A stretch of DNA of 64,000 bases from Macrostomum lignano. Its lineage: Eukaryota. The notes beneath the pieces were generated by a model. It ran no database searches. It had not been told where the DNA came from and saw only the letters and a list, made by a program, of their open reading frames with translations. Below, one piece after another: positions 1 to 9,624 of the stretch (within the stretch, counting starts at the first letter, position 1; each line of letters opens with the position of its first letter). The translations under genes and the position numbers were made by a program. The stretch is from assembly GCA_002269645.1 (NCBI GenBank), contig NIVC01001476.1:124001-188000 (forward strand), read 5' to 3'.

Positions 1-1
1 C

Positions 2-3000
2 GACTGCCTGGACCAACAGTCGGCCGGCCGCTTCACCGACCTGCTGCCCGGCCGGACGGAGGTCGATCTAACCGCTGCCGGCCGGCTGGCCCGGCTCCGC
101 ATGGACGCCGAGGCGGCTTGCCGATCGGATCGGGTTAGATTCTTTTAAGTAACAAATTCTTTATGGCATAATTGCCAAACTAAAGACAATAAACACTGCC
201 AGGTGCACCGATGCCAGCTGGAATGGACCCCCGACGGTGGGGTCAACCCGGGCGTCATCCGCGCCCACGACGCTTATCTAAGACGACTGTGCGGCTCGGT
301 CTGCCGCGCCATCGAGCCAATGATGCTGGCTGCGGCATCTGCAGCCGAGGCGTCAGTAGAAGAGGCCGCATGCTTGACCAACGAAGGTCGGCGCCGTTGC
401 TGGGCCAGCTTTGATCCCGATCGAATGCGACTTGAGAGCGAGGCCTTCTGCAGCAGATTGTGAGACACTTGGTTGCTGGATTTTAATGTAATGTAGGGGT
501 TTGTAAGCCTAGTGGTTAGGGCGTTGGACTCACGACTGAAAGGTCGGGGGTTCGATTTTCGACCCACACGGAACAATTTGTGTCCTTGAGCAAGACACTT
601 AAACTCTGCATTGCTTCAGTTCACCCAGCTGTAAAATGGGTGCCAGCATTAGCTGGGGTAATTGAGGGTATGTGGCGACCCCCCCCCCCAGTCCTTGGAC
701 TGAACAGCCGTACGCAGCCTTCAGATGCGCCGCGCAATAGCTGCGGCTAAGCTGTCGGTTGCACAGGTGGCTATTAGGGCAGGTGTAATCAATTATTGTT
801 TTTATTATTGTCCCATGAAGATTTAGTACTCATGTCTGTCCCATCAGAGCTCCGGATGTCGCGTGTCTGCAGGACTGGCTGGCGCTGGTTCGCTCCTACG
901 CCGTGTCGGACAGCATGCTGCCTCTGGTGATTCATGGACCTCTGGCCTGCGGCAAGACGTCCTTAGCTGCCGCAGCGTTCACCGGCTTGTCTGGCTGGCT
1001 GCCTCCTGGATCCGTTCGGCTTGTGCGCCTTATCGGTTTGTCGCATCGATCGGAGAGCGTGCGCCACTTGTTGCTGAGCCTCTGCCGACAGCTGGATGAG
1101 CTGCTGCAGGCACAGCCGCCACCGGCCCAACTGGACGAGGCGGCGATGAAGCGTCTACGGAGACAGGAGAATATGGTTAGTTTCCAATTTTGAAACCTTG
1201 AGCATCTTTTTATCTAGTCCTGAGGTCAGTAATTTTTCTTACTTCAAGGGCCAGATTTAGAATCTAGCTCGTGGTTGCGGACCAGATGAGAGAGGAGAGA
1301 GGATGAGAAAGAAGAGAGAAAATTGTGGAGAGGAGAGATAACCGAGTAGAGGAGGGGAGAGAGAGAGAAGAGAGAAGAGAGGAGAGAGAGAAGGGAGAGA
1401 CGAGAATAGAGGAGAAAGTAGAAAGGAGAGAAGAGAGAAGGGGAGAGAGAGAAGAGAAGAAAGAAGAGGAGAGAGGAGAGGAGAGGAGAGGAGAGAAAAG
1501 AGAAGAGAGGAGAGAAGAGAGGAGAGGAGAGAGGAGAGGAGAGAGGAGAGGAGAGAGGAGAGGAGAGAGGAGAGAAGAGAGGAGAGGAGAGAGGAGAGGA
1601 GAGAGGAGAGGAGAGAGGAGAGGAGAGAGGAGAGAAGAGAGGAGAGAGAGAGGAGAGGAGAGAGAAGAGGAGAGAGGAGAGAGGAGAGGAGAGAGGAGAG
1701 GAGAGAGGAGAGGAGAGAGGAGAGGAGAGAGGAGAGGAGAGAGAGATAAGAGAAGAGAGGAGAGGAGAGAGGAGAGGAGAGAGGAGAGGAGAGAGGAGAG
1801 GAGAGAGGAGAGGAGAGAGGAGATAAGAGAAGAGAGGAGAGGAGAGAGGAGAGGAGAGAGGAGAGGAGAGAGGAGAGGAGAGAGGAGATAAGAGAAGAGA
1901 GGAGAGGAGAGAGGAGAGAGGAGAGGAGAGGAGAGAGGAGAGGAGAGAGGAGAGAGGAGAGGAGAGGAGAGAGGAGAGGAGAGGAGAGAGGAGAGGAGAG
2001 AGGAGAGAAGAGAGGAGAGGAGAGAGGAGAGGAGAGGAGAGAGGAGAGGAGAGAGGAGAGAAGAGAGGAGAGGAGAGAGGAGAGGAGAGAGGAGAGGAGA
2101 GAGGAGAGAGGAGAGGAGAGGAGAGAGGAGAGGAGAGAGGAGAGAGGAGAGGAGAGAAGAGAGGAGAGGAGAGAGGAGAGGAGAGAGGAGAGAGGAGAGG
2201 AGAGAGGAGAGGAGAGGAGAGAGGAGATAAGAGAAGAGAGAAGTTTCAAAGGACCCGAGGGCCGCATAGAGAGGCTTCGCGGGCCGCATGTGTCCCGCGG
2301 GAGTTTTCTGACTCCTGATCTAGCATAGTGCCATACGACTGCTCTACCAAACCATCAGGACCTGCCAGGACTGGCAAACGAATTCGAACGGCTGCTACAT
2401 GCGGCCAGTGAAGTCCAAGATCGACGAATTGTTGTCCTGCTGGACGGGGTTGATCAACTGACGGACTTGGCGAGTTCCAGCAGCGATGCTCGTCAGTCAG
2501 TTCTCAGTTGGATGCCTCGACAGCTGCCCAGATCCGGCAAACTGCTACTTCTGCTGATGCAATCTTCAACTAGCGACTGCTGCCAGCAGTTACGCGAGCT
2601 CTACCCCAGCGGATGGCCGGGTCACTTTTTCGAGCTTCCGCCGCTGTCATCCGCAGTTGTCTCTCGCCTGCTGCGCTGGCAGAAACCGAAAGCGTCACCT
2701 CTACTTCGAGTTCTTTGCGATGCTTCTGGCGATGTGGTGGCAGCGGTGGGGAGCCGCCTAGCCATGCTGGAGCAGCGCCATGGTCAGGCAATGTCACAAT
2801 GCGCCCTCGGCTACCTGACTGCCGCTCGCGACGGCCTTACAGAACCGGAGCTGCTCGACCTGCTAGACGTGCCGATGCTCACCTGGCGTCGGCTGCGCGC
2901 CGACCTGGCCGACTGGCTGGTGGAACGAACCGGCGACGCGTCCGTCCTTCTCGGCTGGTCGAGTGGCGTGGTGAGACGCGCCGCCGAGCGTCGCTACCTA

Positions 3001-6000
3001 CTGGAGGACGCATCCAGGGCGCAGGCGCTGCGCAAAGCCCTGGCCGACTATTTTAGCGGCCAGCCGTCTTTCTACTCTCGTCCCAGCAGGCGAGGCCTCC
3101 GTCGCGCACCAGCAATCTGCGCAAGCTGTCCGAGTTGCCGCTCCATCTGGCCGCAACTGCCGGTCCCGTCGGCGTCGCGCGCGACTGTCTGCTGCGCTAC
3201 GACTTTTTGGCGGCGCAGCTGGCGGCTGCTCCCGTCCGCGATCTGCTCGACCTGGTTGACGCGACGGAGCTGGCTCTGGAAGACGACGTTGATGCAGCCG
3301 CTGAACTCGGTTTGATAGCCGAAGCTCTGCGGCTTTCGCGATGTCACCTGGAGTCGGAGCCGGCTGACGGTGGCATTCAGCTGGCACAGCAGCTGCTCGG
3401 TCGGCTCTCGGATATCGCCATCGGAACCAAGGACGAAGCCGCCGTCTCTCTACGCCGCCTGTGTCGGAGGGCGCGGCGACAAGCCAGGATTTTAACTCCA
3501 TCCAGTACCTGCTTGACTCCTTGCGGTGGGTCTGGCGCATCTGCAGCTGCCAGGCTGCAGGGCCACGCCGGTCCAATCACCGCCATGTGCGTCTCAGCGG
3601 ATGGCAGGCGATGCTTCACAGCTTCAATGGACAATACCATCAAGACATGGCATGTCCCGGATGCTCGAGTCCAGTTCACCGTACCGGACTGTGGCCGGCG
3701 GGTTACGAGCCTGCTGCTAGCCTTAACCGATCGAGTTTTGGCCGCCTGCCAGCCAGACAGCATCGAACTCTTCTCCGCCAGCCACGGCCGCCACCTACGG
3801 AGCCTCAGCCTTGGAGACGATCCGTGCGCAGCCGTCCTGGCCGGAGCCGGAGCTGATGCTGATCATCTGGTCTGCTTCCATCACGGAACCTGTCTGATGC
3901 GCACCTGGTGCCTGCCGCGCCTGACCCGCTCCGGCGAGCATCAAGTGGAACCGCCCGCCCCGGACGCATTCATGATGGCGGCCACCTCCGCCGGCTCCTA
4001 TCAGGTGCTCTTTGCTGTCCACGGCGCCAACTTCGCGCGCATCATCGACTGCCGCTCTGGCGAGGTGTCGGACCGTCTGGACTGCTCCGACCCGGCCGCC
4101 CTGCTGAACGCCGTGCAGCGAAGCCGAGACTATTGCATCCTGGCCTGCCGAGCGGTGACCGCCCCGTCCGTCAGCTCCGGTGGTCGCGAGTTCGTCACCC
4201 ACCTGGAGCTGTTCAGCGCCGACACCGGGCAGCTGGTGCGACGTTTGCGCGGCTGCCTGGCCGACCGGCCCATCCGCCAGCTGCTGCTGACTGGCTCCCA
4301 GCTGCACGCAGTCGCTCTGAACCAATCAGAATCGAACGGCTGCACAGACGTGGCAGTCTGGAATCTGGAAACTGAGGAGCACGGCCACCATTGCCGCCAG
4401 CCGGGCCACTACAGCGTCGGCTCCGCGTCCAACCTGCGCCGGGTGCTGATCGCCGCTGGCGAAGATGGCGACATCGGGGTCTGGAATCTGCACAGCTGTC
4501 TGCAGCAGCAGCAGCCGGCAGGGCCGAGCTCCCAGCGTCAGGGCCTGTGCGGACCGGTGGATCTTCACGTGAACTCTGACGGAGCTGGGAACAACGTACT
4601 GGTCCTGCTGGAGGGCAATGTCGCCATTCAGCTGTGGGACCTCAGCAGTGGCAACAGCCGCCTGCTGCTGTCAGCCAGGGGAATCGCGGATAAACGGGAC
4701 ATTGTGCTGCTCTACAACAGACAGGCCATTGTGCTCACAAAGCTGGGGCACTCGCCTAAGGTGCTCAATCAATATCGGTATTTTTTTGTTTGAACCCCCA
4801 TCAAATCTTTATTTGAATCCATCAAGTCTGTATTTGAATCCGTCTGTATTTGAATCCATCAAGTCTGTATTTGAATCCATCAAGTCTGTATTTGAATCCA
4901 TCAAGTCTGTATTTGAATCCATCAAGTCTGTATTTGAATCCATCAAGTCTGTATTTGAATCCATCAAGTCTGTATTTGAATCAATCAAGTCTGTATTTGA
5001 ATCAATCAAGTCTGTATTTGAATCCATCAAGTCTGCATTTGAATCCATCAAGTCTGTATTTGAATCCATCAAGTCTGTATTTGAATCCATCAAGTCTGTA
5101 TTTGAATCCATCAAGTCTGTATTTGAATCCATCAAGTCTGTATTTGAATCCATCAAGTCTGTATTTGAATCCATCAAGTCTGTATTTGAATCCATCAAGT
5201 CTGTATTTGAATCCATCAAGTCTGTATTTGAATCAATCAAGTCTGTATTTGAATCCATCAAGTCTGTATTTGAATCCATCAAGTCTGTATTTGAACGCGT
5301 TCCTGGGTTTAATTGTCGCGTTGACTTGCCGCCGCCTCCTCCGCCCCCGCAGGCGCCCAGCGCCCAGCCGGTGTACCAAGCGCTGCGCATCTACAGCCTG
5401 GACCAGGAGAAGTTCACCAGCAGCTTCTCCGGCCTGCAGATCGTGGCCGGGCCCCGTGCCGACTACCGGGTGCTGCCGGGCGGCGCCCAGCTGCTCTGTG
5501 TCAACGAGCAACGCACCGGATTTGCCGTCTACAGCCTGGAGTCCGGCGAGGTGATTCGCAAACTGCGGCCCGACTTCGGCTCCGCCGCTGCCGCCCGGTC
5601 GGACGTCGTCGATGAAGGCGGCGACGATGCCGAAGCGGCGGCGGAGCGACGCCAGTTCAAGGCCTACCTGCGCCGGCGCCCTTCGACGCCGCTTGGCACG
5701 CCCTGGCAGCGGCGCGCCGAGACTCCGTCGGCGAGACTTCGGCGCCACCGAGCCGAATGGCGCAGCGCCAAACGGCGCCAAGCTGCTGAGCGCCAGGCGG
5801 AGCGATCGAACTGCCTGTCCGGCTACCTGATCAGCGAGGACTGCTCAACTCTGGTGGCGGCTTATCATGCTCATCACCTGTGCGTATTCGATGTTGCCAG
5901 GGGCAACCAACTGGCGCTGCTCGAGCATCCGGGCGCGCTGCTGCACCTGCACGTGGCGGCGCTCAGCCCGGATGGTCGGCACCTGACGCACACGGTGTTC

Positions 6001-7213
6001 GACGAGACCACAGAGCGCACCGGCGACCGAGGCGGCCGCCGCCTGCTCGTCTGGGACTGCCGCACTGGCCGCCTGCGGCGCGACCTTCCGGAGTTCCCGC
6101 CGATTCCCGTTGGGAGGCCAGTTGGTAACGGCTGATGTGCATGCTTCTCCTGTCTTTTTAGTTTTAATCTCCCCATCAGCTCCAGACTGTCCATCCCAGC
6201 CTCCCCATCAGAAGTAGCCCAGCATCACAGCCTCCCCATCAGAAGTAGCCCAGCATCACAGCCTCCCCATCACAAGAAGCCCAGCATCACAGCCTCCCCA
6301 TCACAAGTAGCCCAGCATCACAGCCTCCCCATCACAAGTAGCCCAGCATCACAACCTCCTCATCACAAGAAGCCCAGCATCACAGCCTCCCCATCACAAG
6401 AAGCCCAGCATCACAGCCTCCCCATCACAAGAAGCCCAGCATCACAGCCTCCCCATCACAAGAAGCCCAGCATCACAGCCTCCCCATCACAAGTAGCCCA
6501 GCATCACAACCTCCTCATCACAAGAAGCCTAGCATCACAGCCTCCCCATCACAAGAAGCCCAGCATCACAGCCTCCCCATCACAAGAAGCCCAGCATCAC
6601 AGCCTCCCCATCACAAGAAGCCCAGCATCACAGCCTCCCCATCACAAGAAGCCCAGCATCAAAATCTTTCCCAGGATTCGCACAGCAAGCCGCTGCCGAC
6701 GCGGTCACAGCCGTGGCAGTCAGCAGCAGCGCCAACCAGCTGCTCTGCGGCACAGAACGCGGACAGCTTCGACTGCGCGTTGAATCAGCCGATTCGGTCA
6801 ACGAAGCTTCCCCTAGTTGGACCTCGACAGAGTCTGCATCGCCCGCCATCCAGCTGCCCGGCAGCTTCATCCGCCTGTTGGCCGACGATACTCGAGCGCT
6901 GCTGCACGCCGCTTCCGGTGCGGCCGCCGGCTGTCCAAGCGACCTGTCGGTGTGGCTCCTGCCGTCGCTTCTCCGCCTGTCGCGCCTGTCATTCGACTGG
7001 ACCCTGCAGTCCGCCAGTCTGGCGCAGGACGGCCGCCTGCTGGTGCTGAGCAGCCAGCTGTCGCAGCGGCCAGTGGGCGTCAGGCTGCAGCTGCCGGATG
7101 AGCCCACGCCCAGCGGCCAGACCGCTGACGCTGGACTTCTTGAAGAAGAAGACGAGAGCGGCAATGAAAGCGACTGCGGATCTGAGGACGCTGAGAGCGA
7201 GGATGAGGACTAG
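2..7213 (+). CDS. NACHT and WD40 domain protein (NWD1/NWD2-like STAND ATPase), 5'-partial; exons <1-133, 203-459, 848-1175, 2329-4760, 5353-6124, 6675-7213; one frameshift near 3075-3105
   Basis: Walker A GPLACGKT (exon 3), Walker B IVVLLDGVDQL and SWMPRQLP, winged-helix-like LEQRHG..ALGYLTAARDGLTEPELLDLL, NLRKLSELPLHL, and WD repeat LQGHAGPITAMCVSADGRRCFTASMDNTIKTW. All exon joins use GT-AG with compatible phases. Stop TAG at 7211-7213 follows an acidic tail. Confidence 0.85.
496..810 (+). mobile_element. tRNA-derived SINE with CORE-like central domain, in NWD intron 2
   Basis: A-box-like TAGTGGTTAGG (510-520), B-box-like GGTTCGATT (549-557), then GTGTCCTTGAGCAAGACACTTAAACTCT..GCTTCAGTTCACCCAGCTGTAAAATGGG (580-640) resembling the MIR/CORE consensus as recalled; AT-rich tail near 790-810. 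Confidence 0.75.
1220..2317 (+). mobile_element. hAT/Charlie-like non-autonomous element (MITE) with an internally expanded GA microsatellite
   Basis: Degenerate TIRs (5' CTGAGGTCAGTAATTT; 3' reverse complement CAGGAGTCAGAAAACT), Charlie-type subterminal motifs AAGGGCCAGAT and GGGCCGCATGTGTCCCGCGGG, flanked by similar 8-mers ATCTAGTC and ATCTAGCA. Confidence 0.6.
1287..2242. repeat. (GGAGA)n/(GAGAG)n purine microsatellite, about 950 bp
   Basis: Direct reading; lies in NWD intron 3 inside the MITE. Confidence 0.95.
4812..5295. repeat. 21-bp minisatellite TTTGAATCCATCAAGTCTGTA, about 23 copies
   Basis: Direct reading; fills NWD intron 4761-5352. Confidence 0.95.
6200..6660. repeat. 31-bp minisatellite CCCAGCATCACAGCCTCCCCATCACAAGAAG, about 15 copies
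   Basis: Period 31 (6251 to 6282); fills NWD intron 6125-6674 and ends about 14 nt before the acceptor. Confidence 0.95.
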
Positions 7214-7229
7214 ATGTCTCGAGCTTTTC

Positions 7230-7808
7230 ACTCCCCAAGCTTCACAATCCCAAGCTTCACAATCCCCAAGCTTCACAATTCCCAAGCTTCACAATTCCCA
7301 AGCTTCACAATCCCAAGCTTCACAATCCCCAGTCTTCACAATCCCCAAGCTTCACAATCCCCAAGCTTCACAATCCCCAAGCTTCACAATTCCCAAGCTT
7401 CACAGTCCCCAATCTTCACAATCCCCAAGCTTCACAATCCCCAAGCTTCATAATCCCCAAGCTTCACAATCTCCAAGCTTCACAATCCCCAAGCTTCACA
7501 ATCTCCAAGCTTCACAGTCTCCAATCTTCACAATCCCCAAGCTTCACAATCCCCAAGCTTCATAATCCCCAAGCTTCACAATCCCCAAGCTTCACAATCT
7601 CCAAGCTTCACAATCCCCAAGCTTCACAATCTCCAAGCTTCACAGTCTCCAATCTTCACAATCCCCAAGCTTCACAATCCCCAAGCTTCATAATCCCCAA
7701 GCTTCACAATCCCCAAGCTTCACAATCCCCAATCTTCACAATCTCCAAGCTTCACAGTCCCCAATCTTCACAATCCCCAAGCTTCATAATCCCCAAGTTT
7801 CACAATCC
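7230..7808. repeat. About 16-bp minisatellite CCCCAAGCTTCACAAT
   Basis: Direct reading; starts just after the NWD stop codon. Confidence 0.95.
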
Positions 7809-8284
7809 TAGAAAATAGGTTAGGCTAGCCTGATGGCCTGTGAAACTTACCATACACAAAATGTGCCATCAGGTCGCTTTGGAGCGGCAGGGACAAGACA
7901 AGCTTGTCAGACTGGTCAATGCACTTTGCCCTCCAGATACTCTCAATGGTTTTTAGGCCAGCAATCAGAGTTCCTCCTTATCTATTTTATCTGTACCGCA
8001 TGTTTTTTGCTTGTAATTGTGCAAATTCGCGAATTTAACAGTGCCGCATTGTCTGCTTATTCGGCCCGCAATTGAGATAACTACCAGCTATATTTAATCT
8101 TTTGGGCAAACCGTGAGCGAACTGACGGACCTATATATGTAACTAAAATAAAAATTAGCACCAATTTTCTTCGAGAACAAATCTTTTGCAATGTAAGTTT
8201 GCTTTGCTTTTTACTGCAAACTTTACAGTTCACTTTATCAATCATAGACTCATCATAGGCTATCATAAGCTTCTCTATAAACTC

Positions 8285-9390
8285 CACCAAAGACTACCAA
8301 TGACTCTACCAAAGACTACCATAGACTGAACTAAAGACTACCATAGACTATACCAAAGACTACCATAGACTATACCAAAGACTACCATAGACTCAACCAA
8401 AGACTACCATCGACTCTACCAAAGACTACCATAGACTGAACTAAAGACTACCATAGACTATACCAAAGACTACCATAGACTCAACCAAAGACTACCATCG
8501 ACTCTACCAAAGACTACCATAGACTCTACCAAAGACTACCATAGACTCTACCAAATACTATACCAAAGACTACCATAGACTATACCAAAGACTACCAAAG
8601 ACTCTACCAAAGACTACCATAGACTATACCAAAGACTACCATAGACTCTACTAAAGACTACCATAGACTATACCAAAGATACCATAGACTTTACCAAAGA
8701 CTACCATAGACTCTACCAAAGACTACCATAGACTCTACCAAAGACTACCATAGACTATATCAAAGACTATACCAAAGACTACCTTAGACTCTACCAAAGA
8801 CTACCTTAGACTCTATCAAAGACTACCATAGACTCTACCAAAGACTACCATAGACTACCATAGACTCTACCAAAGACTACCATCTACTCTACCAAAGACT
8901 ACCATAGACTCTACCAAAGACTACCATAGACTCTACCAAAGACTACCATAGACTCTACCAAAGACTACCATAGACTCTACCAAAGACTACCATAGACTCA
9001 ACCAAAGACTACCATAGACTCAACCAAAGACTACCATAGACTATACCAAAGACTACCATAGACTCAACCAAAGACTACCATAGACTCTACCAAAGACTAC
9101 CATAGACTCTACCAAAGACTACCATAGACTACCATAGACTCTACCAAAGACTACCATAGACTACCATAGACTCTACCAAAGACTACCATCTACTCTACCA
9201 AAGACTACCATAGACTCTACCAAAGACTACCATAGACTCTACCAAAGACTACCATAGACTCTACCAAAGACTACCATAGACTCAACCAAAGACTACCATA
9301 GACTATACCAAAGACTACCATAGACTCAACCAAAGACTACCATAGACTCTACACTAAAGACTACCATAAGCTATAAACCAAGAACTACCA
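8285..9390. repeat. 22-bp minisatellite GACTACCATAGACTCTACCAAA, about 50 copies
   Basis: Direct reading; the unit consists of two related 10/12-bp halves; intergenic between NWD and the SLC16 gene. Confidence 0.95.
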
Positions 9391-9624
9391 TGGGCTTCAG
9401 CATAGGCTCTACCAAAATCTTAAGTTTGTACATGTACATATTAGCCTGCTAATTATTCCTTATCTAAACTAAAGCAAACAGCTTGTACTTTGCACCACGT
9501 CTCAGATTTAGTCTGCAATAAGTGTTAACAACTTGTACAATTTTAGATAAACTCGAATACTGACTTTTCGTGACCTTATTTGTCACCCGAATTTAGTGTT
9601 TACTGACTGTGCCTCACGGTTGTC

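Noticed and set aside
496-570. Functional tRNA gene
   Set aside because: The acceptor and T stems are imperfect, the B box is degenerate, and the sequence continues into a CORE-like domain; interpreted as a SINE head.
1257-2289. SLLS/ERRG-rich ORFs
   Set aside because: Translations of the (GGAGA)n microsatellite.
4618-5352. FESIKSV heptad repeat as a coding insert in the NWD protein
   Set aside because: It lies in a GT-AG intron (4761-5352, 592 nt, not a multiple of 3), and the upstream exon frame hits TGA at 4791-4793 if unspliced.
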